This document shows, one piece after another, positions 43,273 to 56,217 of a stretch of DNA of 64,000 bases. Positions within the stretch are counted from its first letter, which is position 1, and every line of letters starts with the position of its first letter. The position numbers were made by a program, and so were the translations under genes. The notes below the pieces were generated by a model. The model was given only the letters and a program-made list of their open reading frames with translations. It was not told the origin of the DNA and did not search any database. Origin of the DNA: the human T2T-CHM13v2.0 reference genome, Homo sapiens; assembly GCF_009914755.1 (NCBI RefSeq), contig NC_060933.1; one strand, 5' to 3'.

Positions 43273-43652
43273 CAAAGAGATCAGAGCTTGTACATACCTA
43301 CTCTCCCACTTTCTGCTCCTCCCACTACTTCTAATAAGATTGCCTATAAACAGTACCCACCCCCTTCTTGGGCCTTCCACACTTAGCCCTCAGTATGCAT
43401 TCTGCAATGCCTTCTCCCATTCATTCTCCCTCCCAGGCTGCCTTCGATGCTCATTTTATCAGTTTTCACTTGTAAACACATTGAATGGTGGGAGGAGAGT
43501 CACATGATGTGAGTAACCCCACAATCCTGGCTGGTACCAACTCCAGTGTTAAAATATAGATGTACCAAAGTAAAAATATTTATTGCATTTTTGGGCATTG
43601 AACATTGAAAGGATTCCAAATATCGAGGACCAGGGAGGAAATAAGCACAGAT

Positions 43653-43667
43653 GCCGCCATTTGGTGG
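43653..43667 (-). promoter_or_regulatory. CTCF/YY1-like motif
   Basis: Minus strand CCACCAAATGGCGGC. Confidence 0.45.
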
Positions 43668-44283
43668 GTTGTTGTTGTTGTACATTTCAGAGACAAAATA
43701 CAGTAAATGTTTTACAGACATAGTTGCATTACTATGCGTCCCCTGACATACTGTGCTTGTCACTTTATTATTTAGCATTTATGCGGTATTTTATCTGTCC
43801 TATATTATCTTTCACAAGCCTATCAAATAGACTATTTTTATTCCTATGCAGAACCTTGTCACAAATGACCAGACATGTTAAATTTCCCTCTCATCATACT
43901 GAAAGTTCCCAGTGAAAGCTGAAGGAAATTTCAATGCCTTGTCCTTTGCCTTCTATCAACTGATTCATGAAATGACCACTAAAGTCCTAATAATGTATGA
44001 GGAAAGGAAATAGATATAAAAATATAGGTCTGTATTCATGGAGCTTTCTACTCTGATGGCCTGGGGATTCCTGAGCATCAAACGAAAATTTGTATCACAA
44101 TGTGAGTGTCCTAGCTAGGTTAATAGACTAGAATTAAGTTATGCACCATAGAGTATAATCATTTGTTGTGTTTGTACTAAACTCCTGAGTATGGCACAAG
44201 AGAGAGGGAGAGAAAACAGAAAGAAACAGTTTAAATGTGCAGCTAATTCCCCACACTGTTCCTTTCAGTGAGCATACACCCTA

Positions 44284-44313
44284 CCGCATGCGTGTGACAG
44301 AAGATGGCGGTCA
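44284..44313 (+). promoter_or_regulatory. NRF1-like plus CTCF/YY1-like motif
   Basis: CCGCATGCGTG followed by CAGAAGATGGCGGTCA, with CpGs retained in a CpG-poor region. Confidence 0.4.
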
Positions 44314-44689
44314 GTGGTTCTCAGCCTTAGCTCCTCATGCATGTACCTCTCAGTGTGGAGCACTGAGTACGTGTCTAGTTTTAAAGACACTATGTGTCTT
44401 TATTATATATAACCACGAAACATAAACTACACATAATCCAACTGCTTTACGTGTGCTTAATTCATGAAAGCGCAAACTGGTCCCAATATCTGAGGGAAGC
44501 ATGCTCTATGTAGGACTCACGGAGCAATAGTATGTCAGTCTCAATGTGGCATCAATGTAGACTTAACATGTTCTATTTGATGGGCTATTTAAGGTATTTT
44601 CAAGGGTGATATAACTATTTGTGATTTCCACTTTATGCCTTAATTTCAGACCCTGACACCCAAGGAGATGTAACTCAAATGTTAAAGTT

Positions 44690-45225
44690 GATCTGGGGGA
44701 AGGAGGAAGGAGTGTGACTTCTTGCTTACATGTGTCAGGGAAGGTCTGACAAAGGAGATGGCCTTTAAGTTGAGTCTTAAAGAATGACTGGGATTTGTCT
44801 AGGCTAGTTGGGAGGATAGAGTACTCCAAGCAGAGGAAACAGCAATCTGCAGAGGCAGAACTCTCTAAGTGATGGCATTTTCTAAGTATTCTAAATAATT
44901 TGATATGGTCAAAGGTTAAGGTACATGAGATGCTGAAACTCTATTTTTTATTTATTGGGACATCAAAGATAATTGTTAAACAGAAAAGTAGCATGATAAC
45001 TGTGTCCCAAAAAGGGGCCGTCTGATGTCTGTGTAAAGACAGCATTTGAAGTGACCAAAGAAGGAGCAGAGATAAGTTTGGAAATTATTGCCTAGGTTCA
45101 TGTGAGAAACAATAACAGATTAAACTAAGACACTGGCAACAGCAGGGAGTGGAATGTACAGTTTTTAAAGAATATTGGAGTCAGAAATGACAGAATTTGG
45201 TGACAGATTGGATGCAGGAGATGGC
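44690..45225 (-). mobile_element. L2 fragment
   Basis: gtcagggaaggtctgacaaaggagatggcctttaagttgagtcttaaagaatga...cagaatttggtgacagattggatg. Confidence 0.75.
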
Positions 45226-45669
45226 ATTTTTCCAAATTCAAAGATATCTAAAAAGTTGATTTAGTCAAGCCATGAAGAAGTAAAGCAGCTACATATTTAT
45301 AAATTTGCTCCAACTCATGAGAGGGGTGTGGGAGTTAGAAATGTACCCAAAAGCAAATCACCAATTAAGGATCCTAGGGAGAATAACCTTCATTGATTTT
45401 ACAGAGAACCTTTCCCAGAAACAGCCATACCAAAATTGCTTCTCCATTAATTATAAAACAATAATTCTTAAAAGCCTTGCCTATGATATCAGTCAAGGTC
45501 CAAAATACAAAATTATATATGAGAAACCATACCATATTTTGGAATTTAATGTATGGAAAAACGGTCTCTACTAAGAAAATTGTCTTAATAAAAGACTGCA
45601 TAAAAGATATATCTCTCTTTTTTCCTAGGCTTACTAGGAAGCTCAAAATTAAATTTAAAATCAGTCTTA

Positions 45670-45970
<301 letters not shown>

Positions 45971-45985
45971 TAAAATCAGTCTTGA

Positions 45986-46473
45986 TGAGATGGTTAATTA
46001 TATGTGTCAATTTGATTAGGCCATGGTAGCCAGATACTGGATCAAACATTATTCTAGACGTTTCTGTGAAGATTTTTTTAGGTGCAGTGAACATTTAAAG
46101 CAGTAAACTTTGAATAAATAAAACAAATGAAACAAATTATTCTCCACAATGTGGGTTGGCTTCATCCAATCAGTGAAATACCTTAATATAAAAAGACTGA
46201 TCTTTCTCAAGAAAAAGAGAATTCTGCCAGCAGGCTGCATTTGAATCTGAATTGTGAGTCTGGGTCCCCAGCCTCCCAACTACCCTGCAGATATGTGTAT
46301 TAAGAAATATATATATATACCGAGAGAGCAACATATATATAGAAACATATGTATACAGCATATATGTACAAATATATCTATTTAGCAGATATATAAATAT
46401 ATATACAGCAGATATATATAAATATAAATATCTACTATTGGTTCTGTTTCTCTGGAGAACCATGGCTAATAGA
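45986..46473 (+). mobile_element. MLT2 (ERVL) solo LTR with internal TA-rich expansion
   Basis: tgagatggttaattatatgtgtcaatttga ... ggttctgtttctctggagaaccatggctaataga. Confidence 0.85.
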
Positions 46474-46659
46474 CTCAGCAATTATACTGGTCCTGACAAT
46501 TTCTTTTCCTTCTTTTGCAAAATCTTAATTTTTTGTTTGTTTTTATGCTTGTTATATATATCTTATTGTAAATACATCATGTTTGGGGGATGTCTTTCAA
46601 AATTAGAAAATGTGTTTTGAAATTTAAACACACTAAAATCAGACAGACTCTGCTACGTA

Positions 46660-46820
46660 CTTTTATTTTTCACGTCAATTCTTAAACAACACTGTATGAT
46701 AAATGATATAGTCCTTCAATAAAGAGGAGAAAATTGAGCCTTAGGAAATTTACATGACATTTTTAACTTCCAAACCCTGCAGATAACAGAGCTGTGATGG
46801 AACTCGAGATCTAAGTGATT
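46660..46820 (-). mobile_element. MIR
   Basis: ataaagaggagaaaattgagccttaggaaattt...gagctgtgatggaactc. Confidence 0.55.
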
Positions 46821-47932
46821 CTAAGTGACCCCCCAACACACAATGAAGCCTCTGCAAAGAAAAGCTTAAATTAAAATAGAACACAAACTCTGAAGGCCTT
46901 TGCTAGACTTATTTTAAGCGTAACCTCTTGTGATTCAATTTACCTTTTTGCTTGGAAATGACAACTTCTAAATGAAGTATTCTTTCTTACAAAGGACAGG
47001 AATCCATCACACAACAAGTTAGGCCAAAAGAAGACAGTGGCTCTTTCTTGAATCCTCAGGATCGAAATCAAAGTTTCTGGGCCTCAGAAACTACAGGAAG
47101 CAGAAACTCAAATACTTCCCAGTCTTTTCCCCACACCCATATCTTTTTCCCCTCCTCTAAAAGTGGACTTACTTCTTCTCTCCCTCTTCAGACAAGGTTG
47201 CTGGGTTTCCTGGGCTACATGGCTGAAAATAGCCAATGACAAGAGCACCTGGGTTTATATTCCATGAGTTTCAAGAGACAGGTAAAATATATATATTTTT
47301 TTTCTGAAATCAACTTTCAAGGAAAGACATTGATTAGTCCAAGTTGGATCAGGTATCTACACCTAGTAAAATTAGTGGAATCAGAGGCTTTGGGTATGGA
47401 GTAGATAGCATGTGTCATGTGATGAGCAGAATTACCAAAAGTGATCCTGAGAGCTCCTTTATAATTGCCTGAACAATGAACCGGCTAGGCCCAGAGTTGG
47501 GGGAGGGCAGGACAATGGGGAGAAAGGTGAAAGGAAGATTCCCCCTTTCTTCTCTCAGTAGGGGCTGCTGCACTCCCTTCTCTCTATAGGAGGTAACTCC
47601 CATTATCTCTCAAGTTCCCAAGTGTTGGATAGTTGGAATTACTAAATTCCTGATGTGAAGGGCTGGCGCTCAAATCCACATTGTCTAGTACCAAAGTACA
47701 CTGGTTATCCTCCACTGATGGTTGCCCTCATGATTTCTCTATAAGAGGAACACGCCCAGGAGCATGAAGTTCCCCTAATGGGACACAGATAACTCCACAT
47801 TGCCTGTCCAGTAGGGTATCCTGGCCCTGGGAAGTCTCTCTGTGGGAAAAAGAGTGGAAAAAGTCTAGACCGTCTCAGCTAATCCTGTCCTTGTAACTTT
47901 CTTTTTTGCTTTATAAAGCCTATTCCTTAAAC

Positions 47933-48125
47933 CAGTGATTCTGATCCCCTGGTGTGATTCCTAGACCAGAAGCATTAGCACTAGCAGGGAATTTGTTAGA
48001 TTAGCAAATACATGGACCTGACTCCACACCAACTCAAATCAGAAACTCTGGGAGTGGAGCGTGGAAATCTACTTTACCAAGCACTCTGTGTGATTCTGAT
48101 GTTTGCTAAAATCTGAGAACCACTA
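47933..48125. mobile_element. MER5A hAT-Charlie MITE
   Basis: cagtgattct...aatcagaaactctggg...tgattctgatg...tgagaaccact. Confidence 0.8.
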
Positions 48126-49069
48126 AATTCATGCCATGTGACATTGTGGAATTAGTCCTGACCCCTTGAACAATAGCACAGTTTTCCCAAATGGGTCAGG
48201 TGCTCAACCCAAGATCAATCAATGTTCAAGTAAAAAGGTTGTGTTGTATTAACATGGTGGCTGCCACTGAAACCATATAAATGTAATCTCATCCTCAATC
48301 TTACTCCTTTTCTCTACTGGAGGGAGGTGAGAGAAATGTGAACTTAGAGTGGTCTTGTGTACCAACAACTTCTGTGGTTCTCATCATATTCTGAGCCACT
48401 GTGTTGACATCAAACAGCTCCAAAATAAATTTCTGTGTCCAACATCCTAACCAGAGATACCCCTCACAAACACACCACAATTCATATTGTCTTAGACATA
48501 AATAAATGCTCTAACACAAAAATGTCTATACAATTACCTGCCATTACATTTTGTAGTGCTTATGTCCTACCCATGATTTCTTGCACCAGCAACTGCTGAG
48601 GAAATCAAGATTGATCTTCTAGGACTGAACATCCTCCACTACTTTAAGTTAAAAATATCAGCTTGTTACCTTTTTTCATTATTCTTAATATCTTTTAACC
48701 TTATTCTTATCCTTATGTCCTTTATTCCCTATTCCCATTCCACAGCCAAATCTCTTCTAGGGAATTAAAACTATTAACCAACATACTAGGTTAGAGGAGG
48801 TTTGGGATGGAAATTGATACCCAAATCTTAGCACTCTTTCTCTTCAAAAATCTGCGACTATACATAAAAAGCTTAGAAAGATGAAGCGCAGCATTTATTT
48901 TATTGCTCAAAGTGCAGAACTCTCTGGTAAACTGGACTGGAAAACCAGGCACAGATCTGAGGCTAAATACTAGCTTCCACATGAATGGAGGCTGGCCAAG
49001 TTCATAGAGCAAATCTCAAACTGAACAGCTTAACCAAAGGCCTAGCAGGATTAACAGAAGGCTAGGCTT

Positions 49070-49247
49070 GATCTCTTAAACTTGAGCATGCATTAGAATC
49101 TCCTGAAGGACTTATTAAAACACAGATTTCTGGGACCTACCCACACAGTGTCTGATTCACTCCCTCTGGGGTAGGGCCCAAGCATTCACATTTGTAAAAG
49201 TTCCCAGGTGATGCAGCTGTTGCTTCTAAGAACCCCGCTTTGAGAGG
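49070..49247. mobile_element. MER5A/B hAT-Charlie MITE
   Basis: aaacttgagcatgcattagaatctcctgaagg...aagttcccaggtgatgc...ctttgaga. Confidence 0.8.
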
Positions 49248-49375
49248 TAATGAGCTATGTGGTTTACAGCGTACTTACAGGGAGCAAAGAAGAAAGCTCA
49301 CTGAATTGAGTGCAGAAAGTTCCAAAAATAAGTTAGAGTCAAGCCAAAAAGGAATGTGCTATGATTTGGGGACAC

Positions 49376-49879
49376 TGAGGGAAACCAGGATATGTTACCC
49401 CAAAACATGCCTCTTTGACACAAAAATTATTTGGGGCTGAAGCAATTAAGAAGCAAAAAATTCAAGAAAAGCTCTCTCTACCACCCTATTTTCTGCCTAA
49501 AGGAGGGATATAACTTCTTCTTTAGTGGGGATGACACTAGACTCTTTACCCAGGGACAGCGCCAGAGGAGTTCCAAAACAAACCTTCCTCCATGCTTTCC
49601 TCCCATATATTTACTTACCCACAGCTCCCCACTCTTGGAAACCTAAAAACCATTTTCCTTTGTTTTGTCATTTTTCTGCAAATGTGTTGTTCTTTGTTGT
49701 AGTTGCTACAAAAACCAGAGTTCTAAGCCACCACTTTGAGTTACTTTTCCCTGAGCATTCTCCTGTGTGATGTGTTCTACGTGCATTAATAAACTCTTTT
49801 TCTCGTGTTACTCTTTTTGTTAAAAAGCCCCTGCTAAAACCTCTAAAACAGGTAGAGGTTACATTTTGCCTTCCCTCCA
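49376..49879 (+). mobile_element. ERV1 solo LTR (MER34/MER39-like)
   Basis: Start tgagggaaaccaggatatgttaccccaaaacatgcctctttg. AATAAA near 49788. Near TSD acac/aaac. Confidence 0.75.
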
Positions 49880-51579
49880 AAACCTAAAAGTAATTTGGAT
49901 TATGCATGAAATACAAGTGAGTCAGAGAGGAAAGGAAGTTAGAAGAGAAAAAGCATGAAAGAGTCTACTTTCTTTTGGCTAAAGTTGAAACATGGGAAGA
50001 AAAAGAGAAGGGTTTCTTCAATCTTTCAACAATTTTAGTCCCTGTTATTCTCCTGGACCTGAAAGTCTACATTCCCTTTCCACATTTCCCTCTCCCCATG
50101 ACGTCTGCTTCTCAAACTTCCCCTTTGGATCTTCTCCTACACCTCAAACACCTCCCCAGTATCCAGTCTTTTCAAGGCCTACTGTGATCTAACCACTTTC
50201 ATCAGACTTTAGGCAGCAGAAGTCCCTATTTGCTTCAAAGTATTTGTAAAATAAATTTACATCTGCTATGTGTAATTGAAAAAAAAACACAATTTAGAGC
50301 AAAAACAGCTGACTTTTTATATTCCAGCTTTCCAGGAGGAACACTTAAATTCATAGCAGGGAAAAAGACAAAGTTATTGTGACCACTTTTCTCTTACATA
50401 GGTGGTGTAGGAGGAGGTCACACCTAAGACTAGGATCTCATGAAAGAAAAGAGACAGTCATTACAAAGATCGGGCAAGTGTTACATGTGATTAAAACACC
50501 TACATTTGAAGTGCAGAACCTTTGTTTAGTCAAGTAATGTTATGAGGTTTTAAATAAGCAAACATAGAACTGGGTGAAATGTAAGGAAAGGGAGGAAGGA
50601 GTTGAACTTCATGAAGAGGCATGAAAACTTAAACATGGAGGTTAAGAAAGAAGAGCTATGAATAGGTAAGAAGGAAGAGGAGAAAATGAGAGGAGAGGAT
50701 CTTAGAAACCTGGAACACAGAGCAGTCCATTGGGGGACTGGGGACCTTTTTGGTAGAGGGAGGTCTAATATTCAATATGAAGCTACTGGTTCTTCTGGGA
50801 TATAACCTCCCTGTATTTCTTCCAAGCCTCATGAAAAAATTTGATGCAACTGCTTCGTTTATGATACAATGGAAAAAGAAAAGTTCTGCCTTACCACATG
50901 GCAGCAACTGACTAGCACTTAGTAGCAACTAAGCCAACCCCATCCTGCCTTTAGATGGTACCTATCCTGATAGTTTCCACTGCCCCATCTCTATGTGGAT
51001 TGGCACAGGGCTAATAGGAGCAACAGCCACTGGGTACAATACTTGAGTCACAGAGCAAAAAAGGGTACTGAGGAAATAAGCCCTGATGATTGGTGGGGAT
51101 TCAGGGGAAGGCACTGTATTCCCAGCGGAAAGGGAAATAGTAGTAAAGGGTCCCACAAGAACGAAGAAATCGGGAAAACATGGGCAGCTGATCCTTGAGT
51201 TGTACTAATTCTAATTGGTTGCCCTTGAATCTTCAGTCTTCATTCCTGAAGCACTGTGCAGATTTAGAGAATCTATTTGAACTTTCTTGTTCCCATTCTA
51301 TCTTTACATAGTTTACTTGGAAGCTTTGACTGGGGAAACATCCAAAGCCTTGTGTTATTTCTTCTTGCAGATCTTGTTGGGACAGGTCATTCTTGTTCCT
51401 ATGCAGTTATGCATATGCAAAGGTTAGTGTATCAGGTGAATTTGCAGCATAAATTAATTGTAAATCCTACTCGTTCATTAAGTTTGACCTAATCCTCCAA
51501 CCTTTTAATGTTTCCACCTCCCATATACCCAGTTCTGTGATTGGCCTATGGATGGCATGTCTACTTAATATCAAAAATA

Positions 51580-51840
51580 GAGTTCAAAGATCAAACTAGA
51601 TTATCTGTCTATGCTCAAACCAGGTGGATCTTGTTTAGTCAGCCCACAGAGTTTGTAAAAAACAAATAAGCCAACATGTATATATCAAAAGACTAATGTA
51701 AAAATTCTGATTTCCTGTTTCTTTAGAAAGATCAGATCTGGCAAACTTTCAATGGAGCATACACTGCTCGTTTGCCTCAACTGACCCACCTTGCGTCTTT
51801 ATGTTACCTGCCCGGCAAGCCATTTGAGTTTTGTGCACTG
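51580..51840. mobile_element. hAT-Charlie remnant (MER102-like)
   Basis: aaaattctgatttcctgtttctttagaaagatcagatctggcaa. Confidence 0.45.
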
Positions 51841-53269
51841 AGCCGATGTCTGTTCAAACAATTCTCATTATGGAAAATGGTGTATCTCAAAAGGCAGCCA
51901 AAACTATTACCAGAGTGTTCAATTGTTAGAAAGTTTATCCTCGTACTGAATAAAACTCTATTTCCATGAAACTTAAATTGAATTTACCAAATGTCCACCT
52001 TCTGGTCTTGGATTTACCTCCCGAATCTAAATGGCATTGCTTTAATTACTAACAGATAGTCATCAGTTCCCCCAAGACTTCTCCAATCCAGGCTAAACAT
52101 CCTAATTATTTTAACCTTTCCACTCATGCCAGTGGTTCTTAACCTTTTCTCCTTTCTGATCACTTTCCTCTGGATATTATCTAGACATTAATAACAAAAA
52201 AGAATTGCCACCATCTTCTTTGTCATTATGAAATTAATATTCATATTAAACTATATTGAAAAGTCATCACTTTCTCTTTTTATATTAATATACTTCTTTT
52301 ATTATTTTGATACATTTGACTATTACTTGATGCCCTGCCAGAGTAATGTAGATATGCCTCAAAAATTATGACTGTCAGGGACAGAAGCATATTATATCCA
52401 TTCTGTTCATTCTGCATCCATAATGGATTCATCATAATGTGCTGAGTGTAATATATAAATAATTAAGTAAGTAAGCACTATTTGTATACTCTTATTTGAA
52501 ATGGGTTAAGTTGACAGAGCTAACAATTGACACGAGTAAATTAAGATAACATAAGGAGGATTGTGTGTGCATGCATACATGTGTGTGTGTTTGTGTGTAA
52601 GTGGAAAAGCATCTTTACCTACCTTTTCCTGTAATTTTTATAGACATATAGAAAAATTAAATGTTAGAGCTTTACATGAGCTTAGATGAATTAGGAAAAT
52701 GACAGCTTGAAAGTATGAGTGACCTTCCCATGGTCACAGAGGTAATTACTGACAGAAGCAGACCTAGAATCCAGGTTTCTTGGCTCCTGTTGCCTCTTTC
52801 CAACCTACAAATATTTGTTTCTAATATCCTTCTAGTAGTTTCTCAAGGTAAACATATATTGAATGCACCTTTCAGCATTTTACAGGTTCAGAGACTTAAA
52901 ATCTGAAAGAAATTAAATTGAACCTCTGAAGAATTAGCTGCATACCTGTAAGGATTTAAATCAAAATCTAAAAAATCATCCTCATCCATCCAATGTTCAA
53001 AAGCTCAAGAAAGTAGATGCCACTTTGCTGTTAGAGAGTTGAGGTATGGGTGAAATTTTAAATTTACGGTAATAATTTTTGTTGACTACTGCCCCAATAT
53101 GTGTATATTAAGCTTAATTCACTGTATCTCATGTGTCAGAAGGTCAAGACTTTGCCTACAGATTAGTGAGTTTTAACTTCTTTTGAAATTTTCTGTTTTT
53201 TTTTAAAATCCTACATAGAATTGCCTAACTTCTACCTAACTAAGGAAGTCATTGTCCAACTGGTGCATC

Positions 53270-53463
53270 TGAAATGAACATAAATCTTTATTTAAAGCAT
53301 CTGTGCTAAAGTGGAACATGATGGAGACTTATAGATACCTGGATGAAGAAAACTTCAAGTGATCAATTAAAATATACTTTGAGGTATACAATTACAAGGC
53401 AACACCAAGGAAAAGTAAACTGAATTCCTTAAAAAAACTGATCTTTCAGCTATATATCAGCAC
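53270..53463 (-). other. Candidate terminal exon of the small minus-strand gene
   Basis: Acceptor tgattgatcttattttgacttcag|GT. AATAAA at 53287-53292 on the minus strand. Confidence 0.5.
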
Positions 53464-53749
53464 CTGAAGTCAAAATAAGATCAATCACTACTACACTAAA
53501 TTACTGCATATAGCTTAAGGGCTACAACAGAGACTACAGAGGTTTTCCATCAACAAGTTGAAAGGCATGATGGGTAGAAGTCAGTGCAATGGCCTCTGTG
53601 AGTTACAATAAGGATACCAGTACAGCATTTGATAGACACTGGACATTTCACCAGGAGCTGGCACTGACTAACAAAATCCCAAAATCTGAAGAATATTTCT
53701 TTGCTCCTAAAAATATAAATTATGTTGGTAGGAATATTACTTTGCTTAC

Positions 53750-53797
53750 CTGATTTTCTCATCAAAACTATCCATCCTGCTAATCTTGAAATGAAGC
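53750..53797 (-). other. Candidate 48-nt exon with strong-Kozak ATG (MDSFDEKI...)
   Basis: Acceptor tctcactttaaatcag|G. Context gcAggATGG with ATG at 53775-53773. Donor CAG|gtaagc. Confidence 0.5.
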
Positions 53798-53932
53798 CTG
53801 ATTTAAAGTGAGAATCATTCTTGATTCAAGGTTAATTCCACTGTCATATTTACATTTTTGATGATACATTTTCAAATCTTGATTTAGACTGAATTAATAA
53901 TATATCAAGATATTTGCTTAAAAGCAACCATT

Positions 53933-54906
53933 GCACAATCAACAGAGTAAAAATGCAGCCCAAAGAATGGGAGAAAATATCTGCAAATTATATATCTTAT
54001 AAGGAGTTCATATCCAGAATATATAAAGAATGTCTACAATTTAATACAAAACAATCAGATTTTAAAATGGGCAAAGAACTTGAATAGAAATTTCTCCAAA
54101 GAAGATAAACAAATGGACAATAAGCACATGAAAATATGCTGAACATCACTAAGCACTAGAGACTTGCAAGTCGAAACCACAAGATATACTTCATACCCAT
54201 TAGGAGGGCTACTGTTAAAAAGAAAAAACAGAAAGTAGCAAGTGTTGGTAAAGATGTGGCAAAACTAGAACCTTACATACTGTTGGTGGGAAAGTAAAAA
54301 TATTACAGCCACTATGGAAAAAATATGTTGATTCCTCAAAAAATTAAAAACATAATCACCATATGATCCAGCAATTCCGTTTCTTAATATATACCCAAAG
54401 AATTTGAAATCAGGTTGTCAAAGAGATGTTTATATACCCATGTTCATGGCAGCATTATTCACAATACCAAAAGGTACAAGCAATGCACATGTTCATTAAC
54501 GGATGAATGGATAAACAAAACGTGGCATATAAATACAATGAAATGTTATCCAGCCTTAAAAAGGAAGGAAATTCTGACACATGCTACAATGTGGATAAAC
54601 CTTGAGGACATCATGCTAACTGAAACCAGTCACCAAAAGATAAAAATTGTATGATTCCACTTATATGAGATACTTAGAGTAGTCAAATGTATAGAGACAG
54701 AAAATAGAAGTGTTATTGCCAGGGGTCAGAGGGAAGGGATAATGAGAATTGTTGTTTAATGCCTATAAAGTTTCAGTTTTGCAAAATGAAAAGAGTTCTG
54801 GAGATTGGTTGCACAACAATGTGAATATACTTAATACTATTGAACTGCACACAAAAATAGTTAAGATGATAAATTTTATACTGTGTGTATTTTACCACAA
54901 TTTTTT
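53933..54906 (+). mobile_element. 5'-truncated L1MB-like element
   Basis: ORF2 end (WINKTWHINTMKCYPALKRKEILTHATMWINLEDIML) and 3' UTR. TSD-like aaaagcaa(cc/tt)att. Confidence 0.88.
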
Positions 54907-54964
54907 AAAAAGCAATTATTAGGTTCACTAAAGGCAGAAAAAATGTTTATTATTATTGCCTGTT

Positions 54965-55039
54965 AACGGTAATGATAGTTACCATGAATTGAGCCCTCAT
55001 TCCTCAGGCTCAATTACATGCATTCTCTCACTGAATTCT

Positions 55040-55073
<34 letters not shown>

Positions 55074-55150
55074 CAATAGCAGAAGCATCATTACTGTTCT
55101 CTGTTTACAGATGAGGAAACTGAAAATTAGAAATTAAATAATCTCGTCAC
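54965..55150 (-). mobile_element. MIR containing a 30-nt poly(A) run (55041-55070)
   Basis: tttacagatgaggaaactga MIR core. Confidence 0.75.
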
Positions 55151-55169
55151 GTCTGACTCTGAGAGACAT

Positions 55170-55710
55170 TGCAGTTAAAAAAAGAAAAATACCCTAAAAC
55201 TTAGTGGAGTAACATGAATCTATAGGTCAGAAAATTGAATAGGCTTTAGAGGGATGGCTTATCTCTGCATCAGTATGTCTAGTAATTAACCTAGAAATAC
55301 TTAAATGACTAAAGCTATAATCATCTAGAGACTTCTTCACTCACATGTTTGGTATCTGATACGGAGAGAGGCACTCAAAGACTGGGCTCAGCAGGGACCG
55401 ACAATTGGAATGACCACATGTAGCCTTTTCACATAGCTTGACCTTCCTCAAATCATGGCTTCCTCAGGATAGTCAGACTTACAGCATAGTAGCTAAGGAC
55501 TCCAAGAGTAAGTATTCCAGCAAATAAGACAAAAGCTGTCTAATCTTTTATGACCTAGCCTTTGCAGTCACATAATGTCATTTTTGCCATTCTTTATTGG
55601 CCAAAATTCACAAGCCTACCTAGATTCACTGACAGAAGACCTAGAACCTATGTCTTGATGGCATAAGTGGAATCAAAATGTTTGTGGTCATGTTGTAAAA
55701 TCATCACAGA
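55170..55710 (-). mobile_element. MaLR LTR (MLT1F/G/H-like)
   Basis: accctaaaacttagtgg...cttcttcactcacatg...ctttatgacctagcct...ttctttattggcc. Confidence 0.75.
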
Positions 55711-56128
55711 CTCCAAAGCCCTTATTACAGGACAGCGTGTGATGTTTAGTCCTAGGGCTTCATAGGTTGTTATCAGTGGAGGAAGTGAGAAAGAATGGGT
55801 AGTTGACACATACTTTTACTCTAACAAAGCAGAGTTTAAAAGTGAAATCATATATAACTCAAAGACATTTTCACTTGAACCACAATGCCAACCTAAGAAT
55901 ATTTTAAAACAGTGAATTCATACTAAAGCAAAAAATGTTTACATAATTTTGTTCTTAATGATAAATGCACTTAAAATAGAGGGAAATCCACAGCAGAGAC
56001 TGGCGCTGTATTGTTGGCATCTGAGTAACAAAAGGACGAAAAGATGATGGATGGCCATATGTATATTAGCAAGCACAAAACATCGTTAATAGCCACTTGC
56101 CTGCTTTGAAGGACGACACTGGACTTAC

Positions 56129-56185
56129 ACCAAAGTCTTGACAAGGAGGAGAGCAGCAGTGCAGGAGCAAGCAGAACCCTCGGGG
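56129..56185 (-). other. Candidate non-coding first exon (TSS approximate)
   Basis: Starts ~25-30 nt downstream of the TATA/MEF2 element. Ends in GGT|gtaagt (56128-56123). Confidence 0.45.
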
Positions 56186-56201
56186 TTTAGACTGGGCTAG
56201 G

Positions 56202-56217
56202 AGGGTTATAAATAGAG
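56202..56217 (-). promoter_or_regulatory. MEF2 site doubling as a TATA-like box
   Basis: Minus strand CTCTATTTATAACCCT fits YTA(W)4TAR and shares the flanks of the MCK-enhancer MEF2 site CTCTAAAAATAACCCT. It lies in a locally GC-richer unique segment. Confidence 0.6.

Noticed and set aside
47219-47239. ATGGCTGAAAA resembling the DWORF start (MAEK)
   Set aside because: It reads MAENSQ* with no splice donor or transmembrane exon, within probable MaLR-derived sequence.
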